In this document: piece by piece, positions 9,821-19,443 of the stretch
Position numbering within the stretch: position 1 is the first letter of the stretch
Layout of the letters: each line of letters begins with the position of its first letter
Source of the DNA: a virus
Taxonomy: Duplodnaviria > Caudoviricetes
IMG/VR virus record: IMGVR_UViG_3300007735_000655
Location: 1-34,780 of that record
DNA length: 34,780 nucleotides
Direction: 5' to 3' (one strand)
Notes under the pieces: model-generated
What the model was told of the DNA's origin: nothing
Databases searched by the model: none
What the model saw: only the letters and a program-made list of their open reading frames with translations
Program-made: the position numbers and the translations under genes

Positions 9821-12611
9821 CTAACAACTCTTTAGGCACTTCGTATTGGAAAGAATACACGTGAATAGGGGGCGTAGTCATACCCGCCTTCCACCCGGTC
9901 GAAAGCCGCATCTTCTTAGATTCTAACTTAACATCCGAACGCTCCAAGGCTTTCTCAAACTCGCCACTGCCAACGCTTTTGCTGGTCAGGAACTGCTTGA
10001 ACTTGCTCTTGGAAACGTACTGAGTCGAGTTACCGATCTCAACGCGGGCTACGAGTTCGCCGTGCGGCTCGTTTACAAGTCGGCCTTCATCGAAGATCAA
10101 CGTGCCTTTACGCCAATGATCATTCAGGAACTCACCGATCAGGGCTTCGTAATCCGTGACTCGGTTCTTCTGTGTGTTGTCTCTCACTTTGATTGTCTCC
10201 AGCATTACTCTGTCAAATATTCGTTCAATATCAAAATTAATGATGCTTGCTTCGTTGGCAATCTCGGCTCCTGCGAAGATGGCACTGAATGCAGTCTCGT
10301 AGAAGCGGAACGCGGCGTTCGTACCCAACTTGGTAGTAGTTACTCGCCTACTCCATCTATCAATACGCGCTCTAACTTCAGTATCGCCAAGGTCAATAAT
10401 TCTGTTGATGAAGTCTGGCCCTGCATGGCCGTGGTGTCTATGCAGGGGGTCGAAGATGCGCTTACCAACTTCCATAGTCAAGAACGACGGCTGCATGAGA
10501 ACGTACTCAAGCAAGCGCATGATCTCGCCACTAGCGTTGGCTTTCTTGGTAAAGATCAGATCGTATAGAGATACGTTAGATGACATGAGGCACAGCATGG
10601 ACGCGATCTCCTGCTGCTCACGCTCGGCGTTGATTGAACTCTGCATACGCATCTTGCCCTTGCCTTGCGAAATCAAGTGGATCAGTTTCGATATCTGCTC
10701 GGGCGGCTTCTCCTGCACCTCATCCATACCCATTATGATGTTCTTGAGGGACATGGCGCGTAGATTGAAGGCGTTATCCGTTGATTCGTATACGCTGAGC
10801 GGCTTCGGTGCGCCCCATACGGAAAGTGCAGCGTAAAGTGATCCAGACTTGGCAACACCTGACGGGCCGGTAAAGCAGAAGGTCATGCCGTTCGTAGACG
10901 TATATCTCATCAGCGGGGAGCCGAACGACACAAAAAGACCGAAGGCTTGCATCTCCAACTCGGGTTGGTTCAGTTGATTAATGCAATCCTTCCACGCCTG
11001 ATAGTCACCTTTCGGACGCATAAGCCTTGATACATCGCGTATTAACGGACTGGATGCCGCCCTGCGCGTCTGGCCCTTGCCAACAACTTCTGTCTCGCCA
11101 ATCAAGAACGTCTCGTTATCTGTCCACCCCATCTGGTGACAGATCTTGTCAGCGGAGTTCTGGCTCTGTAAGTAATGTACCCATTTAGTCATGTATTCCA
11201 CCAACTTAGGCCATAGACTTTGGTGAGGCGGGACAACCCCTGCCTTACCGATGATTTCTTTCATGCTATCAACAGACTGAGCATCGCCAGTCGAGATGTA
11301 CTTCTCACGCACTTCGTGAGGCAACTTGATACGCACCAACAGTATTTCACCGTCTGACTCACCGTACATTCTCTTGATAGGAAAGAATTCATTAGTAGAT
11401 ATCAGAACCGGCTCCGACTGAAGTTTGTCACCGTCCTCGCCTATTTCGGCGGGGGGTATGTAGTAGATTCCTCCGGTTCGTCCTCGTATAAAGGGTAGGA
11501 TCGCTTTAGGGAAAGCCGGAACTTCTTCGGGATTCTTTTCGATCCGAACTGCGTCCTCCTTACTAATCTCTTCGGCTGGCGCTGCAACGAACTTTCGTCC
11601 GATGGCAAGGGGGTTTGTGATCTGTCCCTTGAGGGGGCATCCGTTGCATCCACCGGGATTACGTTGTTCAAAAGTGCTGCAACTGTGCGGCTTACCAAAA
11701 GTTTCATTGGCTTTCCTAATCGTGGCTTCTGGGCTGTACCCGATGTAGTCCTCGGACAGCAGGTGAATGGCAGTTTCCCAGTCGGTGCAGTGACGGGCGA
11801 TGGACAGAGCGGAATGCCAGACAGGTTCTGGCAGATTCTTGGCATTGATGATGGCATTCCTAATCTGATTACAGCCATGACCATCAATACTTTTCTCAGC
11901 GATGTCCTGAAAAGTCGTCTCGTAGTTGTCGAACTTGGCTATCTTGCGGGTATCTTCGTCCAGACCCTTCGGCACAAGATCAAGAATTGAGCCGGTCAAA
12001 ATGTTGACATCGCCTAAATAATCTTTAAAGGCACCGAAGTCGTACTGGTTGATCTCGTCCGTCAGGAACTTTGTCGGGTTTGGCGGGTCAGTCTTGAAGT
12101 TCAGCGTCTCGGGGCAACGCATGATCCGTGTAACGTCTGCCGTTACAACCGGGTCAATCTTCATGTGATCAAGACATAACTGTTTGAATTTGTCAGCGTA
12201 TGCCTTCCACTCGGCAATCGGCACGGCTTCTTCAAACGGCCAGTACGCATGGATACCGTTACCCGAATCAACGACGACGGGAGGCGGCAGTTCCGTGACT
12301 TTCAGAAAATGATCTAAGTCCTCAACCGCTTCGGCCTTGGACTTGTAATGACCCGGCTTGTCAGGCTTGACATCCAGATCGATAAAAAAGGAACGGCAAT
12401 AGGCAGAGTAATCGCTCATGCGGCTGTGGCCGCTGAAACTACTCAGAGCGATGAATACGTTCTTGCCTTCTGCATTAATTTCTTCAACTAGCCTTTCTAC
12501 TTCGTCAAGGCTCTCTGCAAACCGGTTGACTACCCGCTTGTCCTTGGATATCTCGGTTACACAGTAGACGCCCTGCGAAGGTAAGACTTTCTCGTAAAAT
12601 TGTTTTCGCAT
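9795..12611 (-). CDS. Primase-helicase (RepB/AEP-like primase N-terminus, DUF927-like region and P-loop helicase)
   Basis: 'FFIDLD', 'VDSGNGIHAYW', 'DVTRIMRCP' primase motifs; Cys cluster; Walker A-like GPSGVAKS; Walker B MGMDE. ATG at 12611 preferred because the longer listed start spans a terminator. Confidence 0.8.
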   Translation of the reverse strand: MRKQFYEKVLPSQGVYCVTEISKDKRVVNRFAESLDEVERLVEEINAEGKNVFIALSSFSGHSRMSDYSAYCRSFFIDLDVKPDKPGHYKSKAEAVEDLDHFLKVTELPPPVVVDSGNGIHAYWPFEEAVPIAEWKAYADKFKQLCLDHMKIDPVVTADVTRIMRCPETLNFKTDPPNPTKFLTDEINQYDFGAFKDYLGDVNILTGSILDLVPKGLDEDTRKIAKFDNYETTFQDIAEKSIDGHGCNQIRNAIINAKNLPEPVWHSALSIARHCTDWETAIHLLSEDYIGYSPEATIRKANETFGKPHSCSTFEQRNPGGCNGCPLKGQITNPLAIGRKFVAAPAEEISKEDAVRIEKNPEEVPAFPKAILPFIRGRTGGIYYIPPAEIGEDGDKLQSEPVLISTNEFFPIKRMYGESDGEILLVRIKLPHEVREKYISTGDAQSVDSMKEIIGKAGVVPPHQSLWPKLVEYMTKWVHYLQSQNSADKICHQMGWTDNETFLIGETEVVGKGQTRRAASSPLIRDVSRLMRPKGDYQAWKDCINQLNQPELEMQAFGLFVSFGSPLMRYTSTNGMTFCFTGPSGVAKSGSLYAALSVWGAPKPLSVYESTDNAFNLRAMSLKNIIMGMDEVQEKPPEQISKLIHLISQGKGKMRMQSSINAEREQQEIASMLCLMSSNVSLYDLIFTKKANASGEIMRLLEYVLMQPSFLTMEVGKRIFDPLHRHHGHAGPDFINRIIDLGDTEVRARIDRWSRRVTTTKLGTNAAFRFYETAFSAIFAGAEIANEASIINFDIERIFDRVMLETIKVRDNTQKNRVTDYEALIGEFLNDHWRKGTLIFDEGRLVNEPHGELVARVEIGNSTQYVSKSKFKQFLTSKSVGSGEFEKALERSDVKLESKKMRLSTGWKAGMTTPPIHVYSFQYEVPKELLDDNTSNGA

Positions 12612-12630
12612 GAACACCGACCCACTTAGA

Positions 12631-12660
12631 TAAAAAAGGCGGGGCGACGGCCACCCCGCT
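12631..12660 (-). terminator. Rho-independent terminator between the HTH gene and primase-helicase
   Basis: Minus strand GCGGGGTG-GCCGT-CGCCCCGC-CTTTTTT: 8-bp stem with one G.U pair followed by a U tract. Confidence 0.75.
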
Positions 12661-12678
12661 AACAACTGAGTTGGAGAC

Positions 12679-12990
12679 TCAAATCTTTCGCCCGATCATT
12701 TCCTCCACGTAGGCTTTAGCCCTCTTGAGGTTTGAAGCAGGAAGCACTCCGTTCTTCATGTCCTGTTCAACAAGGTACATAAACGCTTGGACGATCTTGC
12801 GCTTCTGCTCATGCATCACTTGCCCGCGAAACCACAGATTGACTGTGTTGCGCGACACCTCAAGTGCTTCGGATATGTAAGCCACAGGCAGGTTAGCCTC
12901 AACACACAGGCGACCAAGTTGCACACCCAAGAGCGTAGGGTCTGCCTGTTGCAGTTGGATCAACAACTTGTCGCCGTATGTGCGAGGCAT
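12679..12990 (-). CDS. XRE/Cro-like helix-turn-helix protein
   Basis: 'LPVAYISEALEVSRNTVNLWFRG' fits the XRE HTH pattern. Confidence 0.7.
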   Translation of the reverse strand: MPRTYGDKLLIQLQQADPTLLGVQLGRLCVEANLPVAYISEALEVSRNTVNLWFRGQVMHEQKRKIVQAFMYLVEQDMKNGVLPASNLKRAKAYVEEMIGRKI

Positions 12991-12993
12991 CGA

Positions 12994-13839
12994 TTAACCC
13001 TTCTTAGACCACTTCTTAATAACATCAGAGACATCAGCAGCCGGGGCCGCCTCCGTCTTCTTGGTCTCTCGGACAACAGGCTCATCAGCCACGGGTGCAG
13101 CCGGGAGTGCTTCCTCACCCTCGTCCTGCTGATACACAGTCAACTTGACCGCATTCTCAGCAGCCTTGGCTTCCTTCTGACGCTGCACGATCTTGGCATC
13201 GTCTTCCGGTACAACGCCCACAGGCGAGAAGAGCAACTTGGGCACAGGCGACTTGGTGTCGAACTGCATCTTGGTTACGACGCGACCTGCGGAGATGTTG
13301 TTATTGGCAAGCATCTGCACGTACGGACGGAACGGCCACTTGCCCGCCTCTTCCTTGCCGAAGCAAGAGGTAGCCGGGAGAACCAACTGCATGATGTCGC
13401 CACCGGGATCTTGCGGAAGAACCACGGCAGTACGCCACGATATACGGCAGGCAGAGCCGCTGCCCCCCTGACCAGAACCCTTCACAGACCACTGACACTT
13501 GTCACAAGCAGAGGCTTGCGGGTTCTTGACTTCAATATCAGGAGCCTTGGAGTCCGTTGACCAACATACCGGGGCAACCTTCTCACCTTCCTTGTACGCA
13601 CCCGTGTAGTAGGTGCGGCTTGGAGCGTGGGCCATCTTCACGAAGATCACGTTCATGTGACGGTCTTCGATGGAGCCGATCTCTTTGCCACCCGCCATCT
13701 TACGGAACACACCGCCCTTGATGGAGATACGCTTGGAAGCATTACCGCTGCCACCGGCAACGGCACGTGTATCGTCATCGACCCCGCCCGGAATCTGGGC
13801 GAGTTCGTTCTTCAAATTTGCAATGATATCGTTACTCAT
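12994..13839 (-). CDS. Conserved phage replication protein, putative Zn-binding ssDNA-binding protein
   Basis: 281 aa; 'RISIKGG', 'CWS', 'CDKC', 'GSACR'; low-complexity acidic/Ala tail; located in the replication block. Function inferred. Confidence 0.5.
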   Translation of the reverse strand: MSNDIIANLKNELAQIPGGVDDDTRAVAGGSGNASKRISIKGGVFRKMAGGKEIGSIEDRHMNVIFVKMAHAPSRTYYTGAYKEGEKVAPVCWSTDSKAPDIEVKNPQASACDKCQWSVKGSGQGGSGSACRISWRTAVVLPQDPGGDIMQLVLPATSCFGKEEAGKWPFRPYVQMLANNNISAGRVVTKMQFDTKSPVPKLLFSPVGVVPEDDAKIVQRQKEAKAAENAVKLTVYQQDEGEEALPAAPVADEPVVRETKKTEAAPAADVSDVIKKWSKKG

Positions 13840-13845
13840 AAATCC

Positions 13846-14241
13846 TCACTGACTGGCTTTACGTACTGAAATTCCAAACTCGCGCATCACATTGACACCG
13901 GGCGGCAACCCGTCGCCATCGTGATCCTTCATGAACTCTTTGAAGTTACTCTGATGGATGCGCCGCTCAAGTAACTGTACTGCTTCGTTGTCGAGAACAA
14001 ACTTGTAAAAGTTCTCCCAATCTTGGCAGAAGAAGCGTTCATTCAACTTTCTCATCACTGTGCCGTGGCGCGTCTTGATGCTATCTGCGTTGACAGAATT
14101 ACACATCTCAAGCATCACGGCTTCTAACTTCGCCATATCTTCTTTCAGCGCGTTGTCTGCGGCTTCGTAATCACGGGCCAACTTCTCACGCTGAGAGCGT
14201 ATTGCTAAATACGCTTCGACTAACTCATCTGTGTTACCCAC
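13846..14241 (-). CDS. Conserved phage hypothetical protein (coiled-coil N-terminus, 'LLERRIHQSNF...PPG')
   Basis: 131 aa, GTG start with AAGGAG SD, tight operon packing. Confidence 0.7.
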   Translation of the reverse strand: MGNTDELVEAYLAIRSQREKLARDYEAADNALKEDMAKLEAVMLEMCNSVNADSIKTRHGTVMRKLNERFFCQDWENFYKFVLDNEAVQLLERRIHQSNFKEFMKDHDGDGLPPGVNVMREFGISVRKASQ

Positions 14242-14243
14242 TT

Positions 14244-14510
14244 TTACTCCTTACGCTCGTTGTAGTAAGCGTGACCTTGTTCTATAAACTGTTTTGGACT
14301 AGTTACTTTGTGATAGTACGTGTCCATCTCGCCACGAAACGAAACATCAAGTTTCTTGATAACAGATTCAACAATCTTAGCGGCGCGTGAACTAACACCG
14401 CATGACAGCCATACTCGGTTTCTGATGTTTATCAGATCTTGTAGCGTCTTCTTGAAATCCGCAGCAAGAGCTAAATGTTCTTCATGCGTTAATGGTTTCA
14501 GTCTACTCAT
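14244..14510 (-). CDS. Hypothetical protein
   Basis: 88 aa, fills the gap between neighbours and overlaps the helicase stop. Confidence 0.6.
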   Translation of the reverse strand: MSRLKPLTHEEHLALAADFKKTLQDLINIRNRVWLSCGVSSRAAKIVESVIKKLDVSFRGEMDTYYHKVTSPKQFIEQGHAYYNERKE

Positions 14511-16098
14511 CGTTTACTTCCTCCAACTCCTGTTTGTACAGGTCTACTAACTTTTGATGGTGATTAACTTTACCTTGCAGCATTGCGTACATCTTTTTCT
14601 CAACTTCAGATCCACGCAAATGCACTACTGACATCTTGTTTACTTGACCGACTCGTTCAATACGTGCAATACACTGTAGATATGTTTCGACTGACATCAC
14701 CGGAGACCAGAACACTACCGTGTCAGCAGCCGTCAAAGTAATCCCATGCGCTGCCGATTGCGGTTGAATGATTAAGACTCTTGGATCTGTTGCTGTCTGA
14801 AATCTGTTGATGATGTCAGACCGTTGCCGTGCAGAAACTGATCCTTGGATGACCTCGTTCGTTATGCCTTCTTTCGTCAGGAATTCCCCAACGATGTCGA
14901 TAGCATGTAGGAACGGCACGAATACTACAACCTTGTTTGTCGTTTCTTCAAGCACTTCTTTGAGCGCACTAAGACGCGGCGAGATGTCGAACTGCACTAC
15001 ATCGTGCTTGTCCGTGTACACCGCACCTGCTGATATCTGTAAAAGTTTATTAAGTGACGCTGCTGCATTTACAGCAGTGATCTGTTCGCCTGCTGCTTCT
15101 ATCAGTAATTGCTTTTTTAACTCATTGTAAAATTTCTGTACCTGTGGCGTTAGCGGTACATCACGTGTCTGATAAACAACATCAGGCAGATCAAGACATT
15201 CTTTCTTTGTATATCTGATAGCGGGTTGCAGCGCACGAAACACCTGATCAGTAGAGTCTTGCTTCGGAACCCATTTAAACTTACTGATCTGCACCATTAC
15301 CCGGTCGCGCCAAGCCGTTGAAAACTTTGGAACTCTTATGGGCGTAATTAATTTGGCTAGGCCGAATGCGTCCACCGGAGACTGAGCGGCAGGGGTACCG
15401 GTCATCATCCACAGCCATGTCGTAGGCTCAACTAACTTTGCAAGAATCTTCCATCGTTTCGTGTTCGGACTCTTGTACGCATTGGCTTCGTCAACGATGA
15501 TCAAATCAAACTTGGCCTGTTGAAGTTCTTGAAGAACTATCCCGGTGCCGTCGTAATTAATCACAGTGAAGTCATAGTTCTCGTCAATTACTTTCTTACG
15601 CTTTGCTGATGACCCATGTGCGACACCGCACGTACGATGTATAGCAGTCTTCATGATGTCGGCTTGCCATGCCGAGTACATGATTGAGAGAGGGCAGATA
15701 ATCAAGGCTTTCTTGATAATGCCTTGGTTCATCAGGTAGTCAGCCGCCCAGATCGCTGCCGATGTCTTGCCTGTTCCCGCCTCGTTGAAGCAGAACGCCC
15801 GCTGCCTGATGCTCAAGAAGTAAGCCGTGTCTCGCTGATGCGTGAACGGCGTGTAGAACCCCGGCCACGTGTAGTCACGTTGCATGGGCGAAGGAATCTT
15901 TGGAATGTTTTGACTTGGTAGAAAGTTATCTAAGTACGAAGCGAGGGTCTTCATCTCGCCATGATCCCAACAAACAAGCAATTCTTTGCTGTGCTTGTTG
16001 TCTTGTATTATTTCGCTGCGTTCTAAACGTGATGTAATTTCAGAGGCAAACGAATTTGATGCAGTGAATTTCACTGCTGCGTTATCAACTATTTCCAT
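14503..16098 (-). CDS. SNF2-family (SF2) helicase
   Basis: NEAGTGKT, IIVDEAN, MTGTP, HGITLTAAD, QCIARIERVGQ motifs. Confidence 0.9.
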   Translation of the reverse strand: MEIVDNAAVKFTASNSFASEITSRLERSEIIQDNKHSKELLVCWDHGEMKTLASYLDNFLPSQNIPKIPSPMQRDYTWPGFYTPFTHQRDTAYFLSIRQRAFCFNEAGTGKTSAAIWAADYLMNQGIIKKALIICPLSIMYSAWQADIMKTAIHRTCGVAHGSSAKRKKVIDENYDFTVINYDGTGIVLQELQQAKFDLIIVDEANAYKSPNTKRWKILAKLVEPTTWLWMMTGTPAAQSPVDAFGLAKLITPIRVPKFSTAWRDRVMVQISKFKWVPKQDSTDQVFRALQPAIRYTKKECLDLPDVVYQTRDVPLTPQVQKFYNELKKQLLIEAAGEQITAVNAAASLNKLLQISAGAVYTDKHDVVQFDISPRLSALKEVLEETTNKVVVFVPFLHAIDIVGEFLTKEGITNEVIQGSVSARQRSDIINRFQTATDPRVLIIQPQSAAHGITLTAADTVVFWSPVMSVETYLQCIARIERVGQVNKMSVVHLRGSEVEKKMYAMLQGKVNHHQKLVDLYKQELEEVNDE

Positions 16099-16119
16099 AC
16101 TGTACCTACTGAGTTAGAA

Positions 16120-16240
16120 GCCCGTATCGTGGGCCAGACGGTTGACGCCTAGGCAGGACTTGGTAGCAAAAACCTATCGCCAACTGACGCAGTTATTCTG
16201 AGGGAAAGTGGGTGGGGGAACCCTCATGCACACTTGCGTC
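16120..16240 (-). ncRNA. Candidate structured RNA / leader upstream of the SNF2 gene
   Basis: Three consecutive stem-loops tile the intergenic gap (16186-16240, 16141-16184, 16120-16134). The G.U pair in the middle stem only works on the minus strand. Confidence 0.4.
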
Positions 16241-16247
16241 TAGTGCT

Positions 16248-16502
16248 TCACTTCATCGACCCGCTTGCTGTTCTGCGGAACGAACGATTCTTAGAAGGTG
16301 ACTGTAGCCTAGTCCCATCGCCGTTGCTACCTCCTTTTGAGAGTGCTTTGACATGGGCAACGTCCTTACCCTTTCGGCTAATACCTTTCTTATCGTAGGA
16401 TCTACGCGCTCGCTGGCGCTCCATTCGATTTTCGTGTTCGCCTCTTTCGACCTGCTGCTTGTACTCTTTTTTGTACGGACGGCTTTTGTTCACGTACGGC
16501 AT
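16248..16502 (-). CDS. Small basic HNH-like endonuclease
   Basis: 'GKDVAHVKALSKGGSN...SPSKNRS' resembles the beta-beta-alpha Me-finger; GGAG SD. Confidence 0.6.
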   Translation of the reverse strand: MPYVNKSRPYKKEYKQQVERGEHENRMERQRARRSYDKKGISRKGKDVAHVKALSKGGSNGDGTRLQSPSKNRSFRRTASGSMK

Positions 16503-16752
16503 CGTAGTTCTCCATTAAGTCTGCTGTTTGATCTAGTACATCTTTAATGTACTCGTGAAACTTAAAGTTAGCATTAAACCTGTCGGCAAGTTTGTTGTAC
16601 ATGGTCGTAAGTTTTCTGCATCGACCCATTTCGTATGCACGGGCTGCACTAAAGTGCGCCACTTTTTCTTCTAAATTCTTTATCTCACGGCGCTTCTTTG
16701 CGAGTAACAGTTGAAGTTCCGCTATCTCAATGTCCTTGTCATCCTCAATCAT
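16402..16752 (-). CDS. Hypothetical coiled-coil protein
   Basis: GAGG SD after the nuclease gene; heptad-rich N-half; the 3' 101 nt overlap the HNH gene. Confidence 0.5.
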   Translation of the reverse strand: MIEDDKDIEIAELQLLLAKKRREIKNLEEKVAHFSAARAYEMGRCRKLTTMYNKLADRFNANFKFHEYIKDVLDQTADLMENYDAVREQKPSVQKRVQAAGRKRRTRKSNGAPASA

Positions 16753-16755
16753 GCG

Positions 16756-17409
16756 CTACCTCTCTCTATAAAAGTTACAGGTGTTGACAGGACACCACCC
16801 ACATAGCGGCCCCGCCTTCGGGAACCAGACGTTGTTTTCATACGCCACTTCAAGCCGCGCTAGATCAGGAAAAAAGTTCTGCCACAACTTGTTAATGTCC
16901 TTCCTGTTGTACTCTTCCGTCACGAACGTGTTGTGCATCACGAACAACAGCCCCGCCTTTATGTTCTGCACCTCGGGGAAGTGTGCGTAAGTCATCAACG
17001 CCATCAACTTCAACTGCTTTGGATCAGGGTATCGGTTACTGCCTGTCTTGTAGTCCACGATGTAAGCATCGGCCCCATCGACGATGAGCAAGTCAACTAT
17101 GCCTCGCACCCACCTAGTATCGGAATCAAACGCGCATGGCTCCTGATCCTTGGTCAACGCCATTTCATGTTCGCAGTATTTCGTACCGCCAATCTCCAGC
17201 AGTGCGTCCAACTGTGGTTTAAAACGCTCATAGTTCTTGGCTAGACGAACACCGTCCCGCACGTAGTCTTCACATGCCTTATGAACTTCTGTCCCATACA
17301 GCATCTGGTGCGTAGTCTTTTTCTCAAAGTCCTTCGCTACCTTGGTGTGGTAATACTGTTTAGGACAATTAATGAAGTCCTTCAAACTGCTGAACGACCA
17401 CTGAATCAC
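16756..17409 (-). CDS. PD-(D/E)XK exonuclease (RecB/Cas4-like, four Cys)
   Basis: 'WSFSSL..F..CP', 'RGIVD', 'IVDYKTG', 'QL', 'CGWCPVNTC'. GTG at 17409 overlaps the polymerase TAG. Confidence 0.85.
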   Translation of the reverse strand: MIQWSFSSLKDFINCPKQYYHTKVAKDFEKKTTHQMLYGTEVHKACEDYVRDGVRLAKNYERFKPQLDALLEIGGTKYCEHEMALTKDQEPCAFDSDTRWVRGIVDLLIVDGADAYIVDYKTGSNRYPDPKQLKLMALMTYAHFPEVQNIKAGLLFVMHNTFVTEEYNRKDINKLWQNFFPDLARLEVAYENNVWFPKAGPLCGWCPVNTCNFYRER

Positions 17410-19268
17410 TAGCAATCCCCGTAAGACTCGCCGTATTTGGCTTCGCAAGCCACCGGCAATCCCGCAGCCCACTCTGGTGGAGTAGACATGACCTCCGTAA
17501 TAAACGCAACGGCCTTGTCTAATTCATTCTTGGGCGCGACGATTACAGCCGCGTCATGCACCGTCAAGACCGGACGATATTTTTCCCGGATCTTGAGCAT
17601 CTGCTCACCGACGATGATACGGGCCAAGGCTTGAACGATGTTCTCAACCATCGCCCCGCCCCATATCGAAGTTATCCCTCGTCGTGATTTGTAAATGTAC
17701 TTCTTGTCGCTTAAACGCAGGTCTGGGTATCGTATAAACAATTCATTTGGGAGACGGATGCCGGAGGCTGTGACAGCTATTACCCCCTCTTTACCTATCG
17801 AGTAAGGGCGTAATTGATGAGGCCAAGACGCTAGGTGCGTTAGCGCACTATCACATTCACGCCACAGATCCGTGATCATGTGGTTGGACTCACGGTACAA
17901 GTCCACGATGCGTTTGCACTCTTCTTCGGGCAGGTCAGCCCCCGGCGGCTGAGTCTTCAGCGTGTGCTGCAACTTCTTTGCCCCGGTGCCGTAGCCGAGT
18001 CCAAGGATGCAAGTCTTACCGACGAACCGTTCGACCGGATCAGCCTTGGTGATGGGCTTCTTGTAGACCTTGGATGCGAAGATCGAATACACATCCTCGC
18101 CGTTGGCAAACTGCCGGGTCACATCATCCTGCCCTGCAAGCCATGCCAAGACCCTCGCCTCAATCTGAGAAGAGTCACAGTTGATAATGACATGGCCTGC
18201 CGGGGCCATGATCGACCGCTTCAGCGTTTTCTTTTTCTTGTCACGGCTTGGGAGATTCTGGAAGTTGACCGAATCAGTCCCGGCCCAACGACCTGTGTGA
18301 GCGCCGTAATACTTGAGCGGGATAGGTAGCCGACTGCGATTCCTAGAACCAATCCCGATAAAGCGTTCAATGCGTGACTCTTCTATGGTGGACTTAGTGC
18401 CGAGTCGCACGGCACATAACTGTTGAACGAACGGGTCTTCGTGTTCTAATAATTCAATAAACCCTTCATCGTTTTTGGCAAGTGCGAAAGTTTCCTTACC
18501 TGTAGTTGGACTAATTTTCATTGGCACCGGCACGTTCAGATCTGCCAGTACCGCCGCGAACTGCGGGTTGCTTGCCAACTTAGCCCGAACTTCCTCTTCG
18601 GTAGCGCAGCCTAGTCTGCCTTGCAATCCCGCCAAGAGTTCACTCTTCTCGTTCTTAACTTCTTCCAGTCGCTCGACCAACATCGCGTCGTTCACTTCCA
18701 GTACAGGAATCGTGTACATCCGCAGCGTCATGTCGATCAGATCTAGTTCCGATGGGGGAAAATAATCTGATATAAAAGTATTAAACAAGGCAAAAGTAAG
18801 GCTGACATCATTAATACAATAGCCGCCATAACGATGAAGATCGGCAGGAGTAAAATCCTGACGGCGTTTCCCAAGAGCCTCAACCACTTCGGTGCCTTTC
18901 TGTCCAAGCCCATACATCTTCACCAAGTTTGCTAATGATCCGCTTACATCAACTCCATGCTTGGCCCTCGCCATGCACAGCGTATCGAAGTAGTAAGCAG
19001 GAACGATGTTAAAGATAAACGATAGTATAGCCCCGTCAAACATGGTGTTGTGACAGAGCAGCGCCGACTCCGCCCAGTTGATCTGATCGAGTCGTGCTTT
19101 AATTTCTTTATGGGTGCCAGTAATCCACTCTGGCTGGTTGTCGTCAATTTTAATCGCAACGCCAATGACTTCAAACAACGGACTACGGATGTATTCTTCC
19201 GTCGTTAGTTTAGTCAGGCTGAACTGCTGCGAGTAATACGTCTCAAAGTCAAGTGTTACGAACGCCAC
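17409..19268 (-). CDS. polA: Family A DNA polymerase with 3'-5' exonuclease
   Basis: ExoI DFETY, HNTMFD, HTGRW, motif A DSSQIEAR, motif B RFVGKTCILGLGYG, motif C TVHDA. Start at 19268 or 19277. Confidence 0.93.
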   Translation of the reverse strand: MAFVTLDFETYYSQQFSLTKLTTEEYIRSPLFEVIGVAIKIDDNQPEWITGTHKEIKARLDQINWAESALLCHNTMFDGAILSFIFNIVPAYYFDTLCMARAKHGVDVSGSLANLVKMYGLGQKGTEVVEALGKRRQDFTPADLHRYGGYCINDVSLTFALFNTFISDYFPPSELDLIDMTLRMYTIPVLEVNDAMLVERLEEVKNEKSELLAGLQGRLGCATEEEVRAKLASNPQFAAVLADLNVPVPMKISPTTGKETFALAKNDEGFIELLEHEDPFVQQLCAVRLGTKSTIEESRIERFIGIGSRNRSRLPIPLKYYGAHTGRWAGTDSVNFQNLPSRDKKKKTLKRSIMAPAGHVIINCDSSQIEARVLAWLAGQDDVTRQFANGEDVYSIFASKVYKKPITKADPVERFVGKTCILGLGYGTGAKKLQHTLKTQPPGADLPEEECKRIVDLYRESNHMITDLWRECDSALTHLASWPHQLRPYSIGKEGVIAVTASGIRLPNELFIRYPDLRLSDKKYIYKSRRGITSIWGGAMVENIVQALARIIVGEQMLKIREKYRPVLTVHDAAVIVAPKNELDKAVAFITEVMSTPPEWAAGLPVACEAKYGESYGDC

Positions 19269-19443
19269 GTTTACCACCCCTTTTAAGTTCTGCTACCTCT
19301 TCCCGCAAACGTCTGATCTCGTAGTAGCACTCCCACAGTACGCTACCTACCGTAAGAAATTTAAACTCAGTCGTCGTTGATGCGTCGTTGACCTCACGGG
19401 GAAGTTCACGTATCAGGTCAAGCACATCGTCTTCAGTACCCAT
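19249..19443 (-). CDS. Hypothetical protein
   Basis: 64 aa, overlaps both neighbours; C-terminal 'EIRRLREEV' coiled coil. Confidence 0.6.
   Translation of the reverse strand: MGTEDDVLDLIRELPREVNDASTTTEFKFLTVGSVLWECYYEIRRLREEVAELKRGGKRGVRNT

Noticed and set aside
793-11046. Isolated CGTATTA half-sites (near 794, 5084, 11038)
   Set aside because: No partner arm; a 7-mer is expected a few times by chance.
16756-17409. Cas4 as evidence of a CRISPR system
   Set aside because: Stand-alone PD-(D/E)XK exonucleases next to PolA are ordinary phage replication genes.
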